NCBI RefSeq assembly: GCF_964355755.1
Contig: NC_092678.1
Span: 18,617,365-18,681,364 of the forward strand
Reading direction: 5' to 3'
Length of the DNA stretch: 64,000 nucleotides
Origin: Antedon mediterranea
Taxonomy: Eukaryota; Animalia; Echinodermata
The notes under the pieces were generated by a model that was not told where the DNA came from, did not search any database, and saw nothing but the letters and a program-made list of their open reading frames with translations. This document shows positions 44,711-57,120 of this stretch, piece by piece. Positions within the stretch are counted from its first letter, which is position 1; every line of letters starts with the position of its first letter. Both the position numbers and the translations under genes were made by a program.

Positions 44711-44751
44711 GTAAGTGAACATTACACTGTTCGTTACTACAACGTAACATT

Positions 44752-44905
44752 AAACTTGGTTCCCATTTGGACGCAAAGTAAGGACTTAAGCCGTAACGTA
44801 AACGAATTGACCACAAACGACAATTCGAATAATCCATCACTTTGATTAGTCAGTTCGCATGGGTTGCGGCTCACGTCTTTGCGTCCTAGTGGGAACCAAG
44901 CTTAA
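44752..44905. mobile_element. Palindromic ~150-bp MITE (CTTGGTTCCCA..TGGGAACCAAG); relatives at ~36400-36610, 42773-42890, 56332-56458, 62133-62250
   Basis: Inverted termini with internal ACGCAA..TTGACCAAT..TTGCGT symmetry. Confidence 0.65.
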
Positions 44906-46097
44906 ATAACGTGTCTGGTATTCGTTGCAGTGATTCACGATGTTTGTATTGTATTAAGGATGTCGATTGACCAAGTTGCTTTTGCTGCCTACGAAAACAT
45001 ACCACTCCAAATCCAATACTCGCCATTACAATAATTACCTTTGTAACAACTGTATTAATTGAATAAGGCAACAGACATATTGTAATAAAAAGAATAGTTT
45101 AGTGTAGCTTCACTTTTTTTAATAGACAAATTGTCAATTATTACACCGACTCTAAGTTTGTATGAGGAGTACGCACGGTTTATACGTAGTATACGTAGCC
45201 GTAAATAGTTAATGTCGGATACAGTGAACAGCTAAAATGATTGTTTGTTATTGTTTTTACTTGATAAATATTACAGTAAGTTTCAGAATGTTTAAGACAT
45301 AAAATATTTAAATATATTAAGATTTTAGGTGAAATACTACAACCTGTTTTCCGGCGTTTATTTGGGTGTAAATATTATTACACGCGGAAATATTATATCT
45401 AGTTTAAACAAGTTCTCTGAACTATTTGCGATTCGAAAAAGCGCACAAGAACTATTTATTTACAAATAATTAATTAATTAATTTACATTTATTTCATAAA
45501 TGGTGGCGTCACCAATAAAGCAAAAGCTAGTGTCAGGGACGCCCAAACAAAACGAAACAAAACAACAACAAAAATAGTTCGTTACCATCCATAAACGACT
45601 AAACATTGTGGTTGTTATAAACAAACCTTTTTATTTTCGCATACTCAGACAAAAAGGTGTTCATGTCGCATGAGGAAGTATTACCATAAGTCTTTATTTT
45701 GTGTCATGAAACAGACAATTAAATGACAATTCTGTCATTAGTTAGTTTGTTTGTTTAGTAGACGCTTTGGCAACAATTCAAGAGGTTTTTTTGGATGGTG
45801 AGTGTAACGCGCAACTGTAAAACGGTTGAATGATTTCAACAATCAAACCACCGCTAATTGGTTAATACTTTACTTTTTGACTATAGAGGTAGTTGTGTCT
45901 CATAACCGCCGGACCTTCAAAGTGACTAGCGCAAGCAAAGTATTATTATTACGCTTCGGACAATGATAAGTAAGATAGAAAGACAGCTTAAACACATGCG
46001 CAAATCTCATAATTTTAACTTCTTGCATTCAAAATAAGATTCCTCTATTTTTACAACACTAAAATTGTATTTGTGTGAATATATCAAGCGGATCAAA

Positions 46098-46179
46098 ATG
46101 AAGGAACATCTTAGTACCTGTTCGTGGATACTGCTACTTGTTTCAGTGTTCCTTGTGCACGGTCAACAAGAAGAAACAG
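46098..46179 (+). CDS. Gene 3 exon 1, signal peptide
   Basis: MKEHLSTCSWILLLVSVFLVHGQQEET G|gtaag. Confidence 0.82.
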
Positions 46180-49100
46180 GTAAGCATAGTAAATAATTAT
46201 AATAAACAGTTGACGAGTTTTTCAATACAGTCTTATAACGTTTACGGTATTTTAGAATAACTAGTGTATAAGTAAGATATTCTTAAACTCAATATTACTA
46301 ACTAGTTGTTTTATAACACACCTGCATGCTACCGAAACCAAGCTGTAGTGGGAGCTAACTAAGCAATTTTTTTTTGACTGATAATTCAAATTTTATAAAT
46401 CATAAATGAAATAGATAGAATAAGTACATAAATCGATTGATTATTGATTATTGATTTATTTGCTATGGTTATCTTCATCTACAGGATGGATTCCAGTGTT
46501 TAAGGGTGTGTCTGGAGCTGGAGAACCAGATCTGTACGATCTATGGATAGGGAGCACATCGCTGAATGAACTGAATGACTCGGTTCGTGCTCTTGACGCA
46601 AACATCAAAGCACACTTCAAAAGTCCATTGGTAGAAAGATGGTCTGAATTGCAAATTGAACAGGTATGCTTTAAACTCTGTCTACACTTTGAAATTAGGT
46701 TGACAAAAAAGTGTGAAGTGACCAAATATGGTAGTGATATGCTTAAATAGGGTAGTAATATGATATTCAACATGATGTCCATATGGACACATCACATTTT
46801 TTTCCTCAATCCTAAAACTCAATTTTCTAATTGCTTTGCAAAATAGAATGTTGCCAAGTATTATAGTAACTGCATTGTTACTAGGCAAAATAGAATTTGG
46901 TTAAGTTGGCCTATAGTACTTGCTTTGTTAGTTTGTTAGCACGATAACGCCTACATTTTTCAAGTTATCATTCTGAAAATGTCGGTGTGTACTGTACTAT
47001 AATTGTATTCTTTTAACATAATAATAATATCAACATACGTCTTCTGTAGAAACAGTTTGGAAAGTACTTCACTCAGTTTCTGAGTTCATTTATGTTTAAC
47101 AATTATATAATATATATTATGAATGATTATAATATTTATCTGAAACCAAAAGGAAATCTCAGAAGAAAAAATGTTTTAAATTTTAAATGAAAGAAATAAA
47201 TGTATATTTGATTTGAGTTTAATATACACCAGTCATCATCTATTTAAGATAATAAAGTTATGCATACAACGGAAAAAATGTATTTTTGTCTATTGCTAGG
47301 CCCAAGGTTATTTATAGTTTTATCGAACTTTCTCCTATTGTCACTGAAAACTAACATCAACATTTACTTTTAAGCTGAATCATAGTTAATAATTTCACGA
47401 TGGTAATAATGTTAATGGCATTTTAGTTGTCTGTCGATTCTTTTGTAAACATTTGTTTTGGCTAGTCAGTAGGACCACCAAGGTGGTTTATTACCTAAGT
47501 AGTTACACGCTGTCAACAACATAATTATTTTACATTTGGCATTCTCGTTGTTTGAGATTTTAGATCGTTATCTGATCGTTTCAAATCAGGCTTTGTGAAT
47601 CTAACATCGTAAAACTAACATTTTCATAATAAACTAATTCAATTATTCTATAGCATTGGTTTAAAAAATAGAATTGTAATTATGTTAAATGTACAGGACC
47701 CCCGAAGTAGAAAAGTAGACTTTTTTATCTCTTCCTAGGCCAGAACAGAAAGCTTCAATTGTTACCCATTTCACCAGGCCATTCAAACAAATATTTTACT
47801 ATTATTATTCAAACACTTATTAATTGTTAGTTAAAAAACAATATCTCAAAATTATTTAACCAGTTTGAGCTAGACCAGAATTGAACTAAAGTATGTTTTT
47901 GTATATTTTGAAATTTTTCGTGTGTGGGTTTTATTTTATTTATAATTCTTTTCCGTATAATATCAAACATGCAACATACAACAACATTGTATGCACACCG
48001 TTTATGTATGTTTCTGTTTTACTCCAGGTTAAAATAAGTTTTTATAAAAATGGAGAAGAGGCGGCTTTTATCGAATTCGATGGTGAATCTTCAGATAAAA
48101 CAAACTGGTTTACCAAAGATCGAGTAAGACAAAGTTCGTTTGGAGATTTGCGCAATAAAACAACCAACATTTTTTCAATTCAAGGGTATGTTCTACTTAA
48201 TAAAATAATATTTGAAAATATAATATTAATAATAGATAAATCACACAGGACTATTGTAATTTGGGGGTGGGGGCGGGGTGATATGAAAAAAAAAGTTTTA
48301 GGCTCGGCGACTTTTTTTATTGCTATTATTATGTGCTTTACAAATTGTTTGTAATTCAGAGATCATAGAAGTTTTGTTCGTCGACATTTCTTTGTAAACA
48401 AAGCATATGGAGGTTGTCATAGTGATTACGGATGGAGTGTAGTGGTAACTCTGGGGTATTGTCAGTGGGGACGAAAACAAAGAGATTACCCTTTGATTAT
48501 GTATTCACCAACACAAAATGATGTCCTTTGGTCATCCAGTAAGTATGCTGATGTTTAATTGCCAACGGTAAAATTCATGTTTGGGCATATCACCACCATA
48601 TGTGGTTACATCAAACTAGTTTGATAGTGTTGACAGAGCTTTATTCCAATCATTCAATATTTTCATAATTATTATGCACAGGTAATCCAGGTATTGCAGA
48701 CTTCGTGGCTATTTTCTTGAAACTTCAAGGTAATTAAAATACAATGAACCTATAATATATGTGAACAAAATATGTGGTGTGCCCATATATGGACATGATG
48801 ATGTCATATCACTACCATATTTGGGTATATCACTACCATATTTGGGCACATAACACTTCTTTTGTCAAACTAGTGTAGACAGAGCTTAATGAGATGGATT
48901 AACTTTTACTGAAAACTCCTGAAACAAATGTCTTTGTTGCATTTTAATGTACAGTAACTATTATGTATTAGTTTTATTATTATCATCGTCATTGTCGATG
49001 GTGAGCTTGTTTAAATAATCGTGCAATTTTCCCTCTCTTTTCTATAGATACTTGCCCACATGATGTTGTATCAGTAAATAATGTAACGTATACGTTTGAG

Positions 49101-52100
49101 AAATCTAAATTAGATTTGTTGGCTCATTCGCTCGAGTTATGTATCTTCAATAATAGTAAGTTTAAACTTAAATTAGAGCATAGGCCTAGTGTACAGTAGG
49201 CACCTTAACGATTTTAATGATTACATAATTGGTGTAGTAATTTTATTGTTATTTTAAATAATTGTCAAATATACGTGTTATAGTAACATACAATTTATAG
49301 TAATATACATTTATTCTCATTAATGTCAGCAAAATAGCGACTTAATATTAGGTAACGTTATATCTTAAATGTGGGTATTACAGATTCGATATATGACATG
49401 ATATAAATGATATGATATAAACACTTACCTAACTATATTTGTATCGGTTTTTATTTGTAAATAATTATGTAAATGTGCTTGTTTAGTGTGTTGTGGTATA
49501 TAGTCTAGGTTCGAGACCGAAACTATTAAAAAGACAAATTTGTTGGCGTTGCATACGTACAATACATGAGTATTTTCAAACAAAAATCGAAACGCACCGA
49601 CTGCTGTACATACATAAAAGAGACAATGAATACAGACTTGGGCCACGTCTAGTGCTGTGGTAATATTTGTCGATTAATAGCCCACATCTACATTTTCTTA
49701 ACAGCTCCCCGGGCAGCGCGCATGTGTAAAATTGATCCACTTGGAGGAGGCGTCTGGGGAGAAATAATGGTTCAATTATGCACAAATTTAACATCTACCA
49801 GTGATCTGGCCAAGGTAGTAATAATGATTAATTTCGCTATTAATTTGTTAATCGGAATGATTTGATTGACATTATTTAGTTATTTTAGAGGAAATACAAT
49901 TTTGTTTTAAATTAGAATATTGCATAATGGCTCAATAATAATTAGTATAGGTTCTAAGACGGTGATTCTGCTTAATATAAATTTCAGTGAAAAAAACCCG
50001 TTTTTGCACACTGGGTATGCCATACATATACAAAATTTCAAAGCACCTGTTGCGGTTACGTAAAACTAAACAACAAACTAAAGAGTCTTATGACAATTCA
50101 AAACACTAATTTATGAATTGGTAAGCACTAAACATCTAGAACCATAAGATTATAATCACTTTACATTCATTTAAAACCGTACATATAGCTTTGTCATATC
50201 TTTGAGCGTCCGTTAATTATCATTAATAATGAACAAGATTGTCGACTCGTTATCTTTATAGGTAAACGTGACTATAGAAAACGCTGAAATAGTTGCTATG
50301 CAACTATCGACCCTTACGAGTAAAAAAGAGGATGTGGACAACGTTAACATCGATGACGTTGCCTTAATTCTAGAAGGATTAACTAGTGTTGGAGCAGGAA
50401 ATGAATTGGTAAGACAACTTGTTAGAACACATCTGAGCTTACCGCTATTGACGCATCTTATAGACATATATACTTACTGTAGTATTATTATTTTTGTGGA
50501 TTTTTACTTTTATGTTGAACCAAAACGAACGAAAAGGAATAAAATTACCTTCGTGACGTTTCGCCGACAATCTGTCAGCTGCTTCAGACTAATGCCTGGG
50601 TTGGAATGGTCTGGTTTTTTGTAAGTGACGCTGAACAGCACCACCAGCCGCCTGGTTGGTATTGACGATAGAGCGTCTCCTGCTTCAACTTTTTCCAGCA
50701 AACTATCATATGTATGTGGGAGGTCATACCCACCAATGTCTCTGTTGATATTATGTGGTCTTTTTCTTATGCAGATAGATTCTTTTATCTTTCTTTTGTC
50801 TGTCTGTGCTTCTTTTTCAATAACTCTCGCATTCCAATTTGGAATATGGTCATTCCCTATAGCGTGGTCAGTTATGGCTGACTTATGTAAAACCTGGGAC
50901 GAAGAATTTCTATTTGCACGTGTTCTAACTACTTGGTTGTGTGTTGATACGTCTTTTTTTTATGTTCCCCAATTCTTGTATTCAGTGCCCTTCCGGTCTC
51001 TCCTATATATACTTTCTCACAGTTCACTTCGTATATAACCCCGCACATGTCTTCCGTTTTTATTCTATCTTTTGGGTGGACCAGTCCATTCTTTAATTTA
51101 TTACTTGGAATGAAGAAAGTGTTCGGAGACGCTCTTTCGTCAATACCAACCAGACGGCTGGTGGCGCTGTTCAGCGTCACTTACAAAAAAACCAGACCAT
51201 TCCAACCCAGGCATTAGTCTGAAGCAGCTGACAGATTGTCGGCGAAACGTCACGAAGGTAATTTTATTCCTTTTCGTTCGTTTTGGTTCAACATAAAAGT
51301 AAAAATCCACAAAAATATTATTTGGAACCAGATGAATTTATTCAATGTAGTATTATTATGTTTTCAGATTACCGACTTTACAGTGAACGTTGTCAGTAAC
51401 ATACAAAATGCCGAGGAAGGCTTTTTTACAACGGACAATGAAAGCATGAGCGCAGCTTCCAGTATCATTAAATCTTTAGAAACTCAGCTTGGATCTCTCT
51501 CAAACTTTGAAGACGTTGAGAAAAATTTAGCTGTGCAGACTAAACAATATCTTCCTGAAGCACTCCGAAACGGAATCGGATTTGCATCGCTTCAGCTGGA
51601 TTTTTCTACTTCCGAATCCGGTCTTCAAGAAGAGAATATTGAAACTTTTGAAGACGTTGAAGATTTTTTGATGAATATGACAGAAACATCAATAGCCTTG
51701 CCCTCTGAAATAGTTAATTTAAGTCAGAATCAAAATGGATCAAACAAGATACAAGTTAGCTTCATTTTGTACCAGACGTCTAAGTTATTTACTTCCAATC
51801 GTCTGATGTCCAATAAAAACAGAGCAATTGGGAGTCGTGTAATTTCTTCTACTGTTGAAAAAGTCACAGTTGAGGGTTTAAATGAACCAATCAGAGCCGC
51901 ATATTTACCAATTGTTGTAAGTTACAGCCTTATTTCTATTAAGACATAGAGGTGTAATGTTAACTTTGCGTATAGTGTGAGACACTTCAATTCTCTGACA
52001 CAGTTTTGATGTATTTTAGATTAAGGCGATGTCCTACGATAATTTGCGTAATTTAAATCGAATGCTCATTGCTCTTATTTGAAATCAAACACACCTTTTG

Positions 52101-55014
52101 TAATTACTATCTTTAATAAACTTTATTTTTTCTTATTTTTAAGGAAAATGTATCTGGTAATCCTGAATGCGTTTTTTGGGACTTTGAGTTAGAAAACGGT
52201 CAAGGTGATTGGTCAAACGAAAGCTGCTACTTCAATAAAACATCAGACGGTCGTATCGTCTGCTTCTGCGATCATTTAACAAACTTCGCTGTTATTATGG
52301 TTTGTTATTTTTATATGAATATATATATCAAAACCCATTGGATCTTTAACACTTACTTTAAATAATTTATAGTGATATTTAACACTTAACATCATTAATA
52401 GATTTCTCTTGTAAAGTTTTTTAATACCATCTAATTGTACAACGGTGAGGAAGAGTGGGTACTAACATGTCATTTGTTTTTGTTCAAACTGTGTTTACGG
52501 TTGAATTTGAAAAACACACACTTTAGTACACGATTTATTATTAATTTGTAGGCATATAGTTGATTTTTATTAAATAAAAGAAATGTATTTATGAATAGGC
52601 CTATGTGAAATTTATGCAAAATATCCAAGCTTAAAAAGATAATTTCTGTATTATTATGTTGTTTTTAATTTTAAACTCTTATTGAAAAAATGCATATTGT
52701 TAGTTGGCATTTTGAATATATATTTATAAATAATATCTTAAGTTCTGTCTACACTGTCAAACTTGTTTGATCGTGTCCTTATAATGTGCTATGACGTGTT
52801 TTTTTTTTGGTCAAATAATGTTTGATAGTGTAGACAGAGCCTGATGTTGTATTTCACTGTAATTATTTTGTCTATATTCTTGATAATGAATTATTGTCAG
52901 AAAACAGCGTGGCATTAACACAAATAGCAATTTGTTTCTTTGACAGGATTATCTTGGACAAGAGGATGATAATAATAAACCATTCCAAGATGTTCTAACA
53001 TACATTAGCATCATTGGGTGCGTCATCTCTATAGTTTGTTTGGTGATTACGATTATTACATTTATTTACTTCAGGTAAAATTAAGTCACATTCACCATAA
53101 TATCATAATAGTCATCTACTACATCATCGTTAATTTCGTCCTCTTCAGCGTCATCGTCATCTTTATTGTCTACATCAACTTCATAAACATCATCATAATC
53201 ATTGTCATTTCCATCTTTATCGTCATCATGATCTTCATCATCATCATCATCATCATCATCGTCATCATCAAATCTATCGACATCTTTTTCTGACACACGT
53301 TCTTTCCATTATACTAGTCAGAATACAAAATATTAAACTTTTGCATTAAGTTACATGCTCAACTTTCAATACAGTGTCTTTAATATTTTACAGAAACCTG
53401 CGTGGAAAACGTCCACAGCGAATACTAGTAAACTTGTGTATTTCACTGTTATTTCTATACACTACATTTGTGATCGGTATTGAGTTAACTACATGTTACT
53501 ATTGCTGTATCGTGGTAGCCATTCTTCTACATTACTTTGTTCTCACAACACTTTTCTGGATGCTTGTCGAAGCCGTGAACATGTATCTGAAGTTTGTTTT
53601 AGTATTCTACGATGGAATACGTTTTTTCATGTTGAAGTCGGTCTTCGTTGGATGGGGTAAGTTTTACTGGATCTTATTATTCCTAGAATTCGTTGATGGC
53701 CTCTATAATTAGAAATACATGCATTATATTACATAGTTACAGTGTCCGCTATAACATTGGACGTGTTTTATAGTAAAAACATAAATCTTTGAAACAAAAC
53801 AGTCAATAGTCGTAACTGTACTGTATGCTTTCTGAAGGAAGGCTAACAACGTAAAATGAAATTAAATATATAATGGAGAAAAGTCTAACTAACATTCATC
53901 TTTGAGAAATTATTAAAAATATGAAATTAGGTGGATTATTTCTTTTCTAAAAAACGGTAGGCCTAAAGTAGTGTTTTTTTTCTTATTTTCAACAGTTCTT
54001 CCTATCATACCAGTTACAATCATTGCAGTTATGGATTACGAAGAAACATATTCAAATAAAAAATAGTAAGACATTTTGTTATTTAAAAAAATATATAATA
54101 ATGCAATTGAAAAATTGAGTATAACACATTGAGGGTATAATGTCGAAAAAAAAAACATTTCTTTCAGCTATGAAACTGGGCCACATACACACGCATTATA
54201 ACAGGCCACCATTTTGAATAGAGTATAACGGTCGTAAACTGTGCCTTAGTTCAGATTGTGTAATTCCATGAGTCTAAAAAAAAGTTTTTTTTTCATTTAT
54301 TTTTATCATTCATTTTTATCAATGTATATTAAATACAAGCGTTGATGTGTTGGATATACCTGCCTATAATTTTCTGCCTTATGTAGTAGGCCTATACGGC
54401 TCAATCGAGCAATGAAATCACTTAGTTTATTCTCTGTTAAAATCAGAGGTTGTAGTAGATTACATACGCGATATTTGCATGATCTGGTAATTTTCTAAGT
54501 CATATCTGGATTGATTTCTTATTTTATTTCTAGTTGTTTCATGACACCCGGACACTCATTCTTTTATGGATTATTAGTGATTTCAGCGGTTGTTCTTGTT
54601 ATTAACTTCGCCATATATGTAAAAGTCATTTGTAGGCTGACCTGTCAACGAAAAAGAGTTATGAAAATAAAAACTGATAAAGACAACGAACTCGCTATAC
54701 GCGTACAGAATGCAATAGCGATACTGATGCTGCTTGGCTTAACGTGGATCTTCGGATTCTTCGCCATAGGGTCATCTGAGGCGGTTCGTGATTTTTTCCA
54801 ATTGTTGTTCTGCTTGTGCAATTCGTTGCAAGGATTCTTCATATTCTTATTATTTTGTGTTCGTTGCAAGGATGTCCGAGATGTGTGGGCTTACAGCTGC
54901 TGTGGTTTCGGTAAAAAGCCTGGATTATACACCACAACGACGTCACGGCAACGCTATGTAACCGATAAGGTCACGACTGTGTCAGCTCACTCAGCCAACC
55001 AAAACAAAGCGTGA
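46098..55014 (+). CDS. Adhesion GPCR paralog 3, 14 coding exons, ~885 aa, no lectin exon
   Basis: Manual join 46098-46179,46485-46663,48028-48185,48360-48538,48682-48729,49048-49155,49705-49814,50262-50408,51368-51916,52144-52299,52947-53074,53394-53656,53996-54065,54534-55014 = 2658 nt, open frame, GT-AG; GPS CFCDHL|TNFAVIM. Confidence 0.92.
46485..46663 (+). CDS. Gene 3 exon 2
   Basis: GWIPVFKGVSGAGEPDLYDLW.. Confidence 0.9.
48028..48185 (+). CDS. Gene 3 exon 3
   Basis: VKISFYKNGEEAAFIEF..FSIQG. Confidence 0.9.
48360..48538 (+). CDS. Gene 3 exon 4
   Basis: DHRSFVRRHFFVNKAYGGCHSDYGWSVVV..CQWGRKQRDYPLIMYSP. Confidence 0.88.
48682..48729 (+). CDS. Gene 3 exon 5
   Basis: NPGIADFVAIFLKLQ. 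Confidence 0.85.
49048..49155 (+). CDS. Gene 3 exon 6, HormR-like part 1
   Basis: TCPHDVVSVNNVTYTFE..AHSLELC. Confidence 0.85.
49705..49814 (+). CDS. Gene 3 exon 7, HormR-like part 2
   Basis: PRAARMCKIDPLGGGVWGEIMVQLC..LAK. Confidence 0.85.
50262..50408 (+). CDS. Gene 3 exon 8
   Basis: VNVTIENAEIVAMQL..DDVALIL. Confidence 0.88.
50489..51317 (-). mobile_element. Penelope-like element remnant: GIY-YIG endonuclease C-terminus flanked by inverted ~190-bp pseudo-LTRs
   Basis: Minus strand HPKDRI..CGVIYEVNC..VYIGETGRALNTRIGEH, then (frameshift) SAITDH..KRKIKESICI..NINRD.GGYDL; 50489-50680 is the near-perfect reverse complement of 51125-51317. Confidence 0.9.
51214..51256 (+). ncRNA. Variant minimal hammerhead motif in the Penelope pLTR (mirror copy at 50551-50592 on the minus strand)
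   Basis: CTGAAGCA-GCTGAC(agatt)GTCGGC-GAAAC-GTC: 6-bp stem II, GUC site, palindromic ACGT stem III; the core reads CUGAAGC instead of CUGANGA. Confidence 0.5.
51368..51916 (+). CDS. Gene 3 exon 9, GAIN domain
   Basis: Homolog of 18224-18763. Confidence 0.92.
52144..52299 (+). CDS. Gene 3 exon 10, GPS/Stachel
   Basis: CVFWD..WSNESC..CFCDHLTNFAVIM. Confidence 0.93.
52947..53074 (+). CDS. Gene 3 exon 11, TM1
   Basis: DYLGQ..LTYISIIGCVISIVCLVITIITF. Confidence 0.9.
53095..53285. repeat. Degenerate (CAT)n trinucleotide repeat
   Basis: Run of CATCATCAT/CGTCAT units in gene 3 intron 11. Confidence 0.85.
53394..53656 (+). CDS. Gene 3 exon 12, TM2-TM4
   Basis: 263 nt homolog of 20130-20392. Confidence 0.93.
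53996..54065 (+). CDS. Gene 3 exon 13
   Basis: LPIIPVTIIAVMDYEETYSNKK. Confidence 0.88.
54534..55014 (+). CDS. Gene 3 exon 14, TM5-TM7 and C-tail
   Basis: CFMTPG..NSLQGFFIFLLFC..NQNKA*. Confidence 0.92.
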
Positions 55015-56809
55015 AATGACAGGGCGCCACCTATATATTAAACAAAAAATATTTATTGTTGTTGCGAACATTCTCAAAAATTCTTGCCTAATGTTTTTTT
55101 TTTGTCAGATACGTAGATACGCGGTTTCGGGGTGAGGCTTATTAGATTGCAGAACTGATTGTTATTGTTTGTTTCGGAAATAAATTTAATCAGTATGTAC
55201 AGTATCTGATTTTTAAAACCAAACCCATTTTAGCTACATTTAATAACAGCACGCAATACTATCCTTTGTTTTTTTCCTGTTAACCAACAAGGTCTTTTAT
55301 TCAACAATCATTTCGATATTATTTTGCAAACATAAAAACAATATGTTTGCAATATTCACAATACCATAGTACAATCATGTTATTATAAAACAATACTATC
55401 CTTCTGTTGACAAATATTTCTTTTCAACATTTCAAACGAAACAAGACTGTATCCGATTGTCTTTAGAGCAAACCTATTCCTAGTACTACAAAAGCAGAAA
55501 TCATGCTATCGACAATAAGCAGTGTGTATTATACTTTTCAGACCAAAGCTATTGTTAGAACTACGTCTGAAATCATATTATCGACAATACAAAAACAGTA
55601 TTACACTTTTCCAACTAAAACCTTTTTCGTAAACTGTGGTAAACGGCGTAACATTAGTTATATAATCTGTAAATGTGTGTAGGCATCTCGAAGCATCAGA
55701 CCTAAGCAATCTTACCCTAACATAGATTGTTGTCGTTCTGAATTAATATAGTTTTATTGATGCTTTAAATTCTTAAACTATGTACAAATAAATAATTGCA
55801 AGTGTGTGTATGTTATTATTATGAGAAACGCTTATTAAATGTCCACGTGTATATAATGCAGTCAGTTTCTCCAAGTTGTGCTGTTACATAATTCATAATA
55901 TTTCTGTCCGTGTTCATATTGCTAAAATAGACCTACTTCAGTGACATGTTCATATAAATACTTAAATTCGCCATCCCTTTTAATTGAAAACAAAATGTAT
56001 ATGCAACACTATGACATACATGCTTCGTTTTATTATAGGTAATTAAAACGAAAATGTGAAAAAAAAGTATTATAATAATTAGCAATAATTTGAATAAAAT
56101 GTATACATAAAAATGAAAGACTATTTTAACTAATGTAAGCCTAATAGCCGTATAATTAACAAACATCGCCGCTTGCGTTTGATTGCATTTCATTCTTAAA
56201 TAATAGTTAAACACATTCTGTTTGTTTTTTGTATATATATATGTAGTTGTTTTATCTTTATCTTTCTAAATGTGTATAATGTTCTCTTCCCGGCACAGTT
56301 TGAATAAATAAAAAATGAAACAATGTTTATGAAGCTTGGTTCTCGGACACTTAAGCGATTTGACCAATCACAAACGACAGTTCGGATGATTCATCGATTG
56401 TGATTGGTAACTATGTTGCGCTTACGTTCTTGCGTTGCGTCTCTGTGGAAACCAAGTATTGAGGAATTACAGCGTAAAACAACAACTTTAATTTTCTATT
56501 TACTCGCTATACTTCGTTAAACTTGTTTCATTAGGAAGTCATCAGATCTCCACCTTCAACCACTTCATAAGGAAATAAGTAAAGTTTGAAATATTCAAAG
56601 AATTGCTGTAACCACTAAAACACGTAAATATTGTTTGTTTACAGACAGACATTAAATATTATTATTACCTTTATGAATAGCTTTAACAGACAAATCTTTG
56701 CATAATGTATTTCTTTGAATCTGAAGTGTTTTTAAAACAACAGAGGTTAAATCATCGGATTAAGAAATGTAAGCATTGCCTAAGATGCATTTACACACTC
56801 TTTTCTAGA

Positions 56810-57120
56810 TTTTTAGTCGCGTGCAACGCGTCTCTAAAGCTCGCTATGTCGGTCGGTTGGTCTGTAAACACTAACTTGTATATGGCCTTGTCTTGATGTC
56901 AGTTTCATCTAGCTAAGTCAATTTTTCACAGTATAATTCTTATTGCCAGGTCTCGATGTGGTTATGTTTTTCACGGTGCGCATAAAAAATTACGAGGTAT
57001 ACGCACGATTTAACGAAATCACGTTTGTAATCATATCTTCACAATCATTAATCACAATTAAATAAAATGTGATACTCATAAATTTTAGGTCATATTTCAT
57101 CATATGGCAATACAATTACG
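56810..57120 (+). mobile_element. HINE/DINE-1-like fragments
   Basis: TTTTAGTCGCGTGCAACGCG start; 56900-57120 is the reverse complement of ~8660-8875. Confidence 0.7.

Noticed and set aside
53018-53296. Poly-Asp and poly-Ile ORFs
   Set aside because: Translations of a (CAT)n microsatellite in gene 3 intron 11.
2149-55014. The three genes as assembly-duplicated haplotypes of one locus
   Set aside because: The introns differ in size and content and the proteins differ by many substitutions and indels, consistent with true paralogs.
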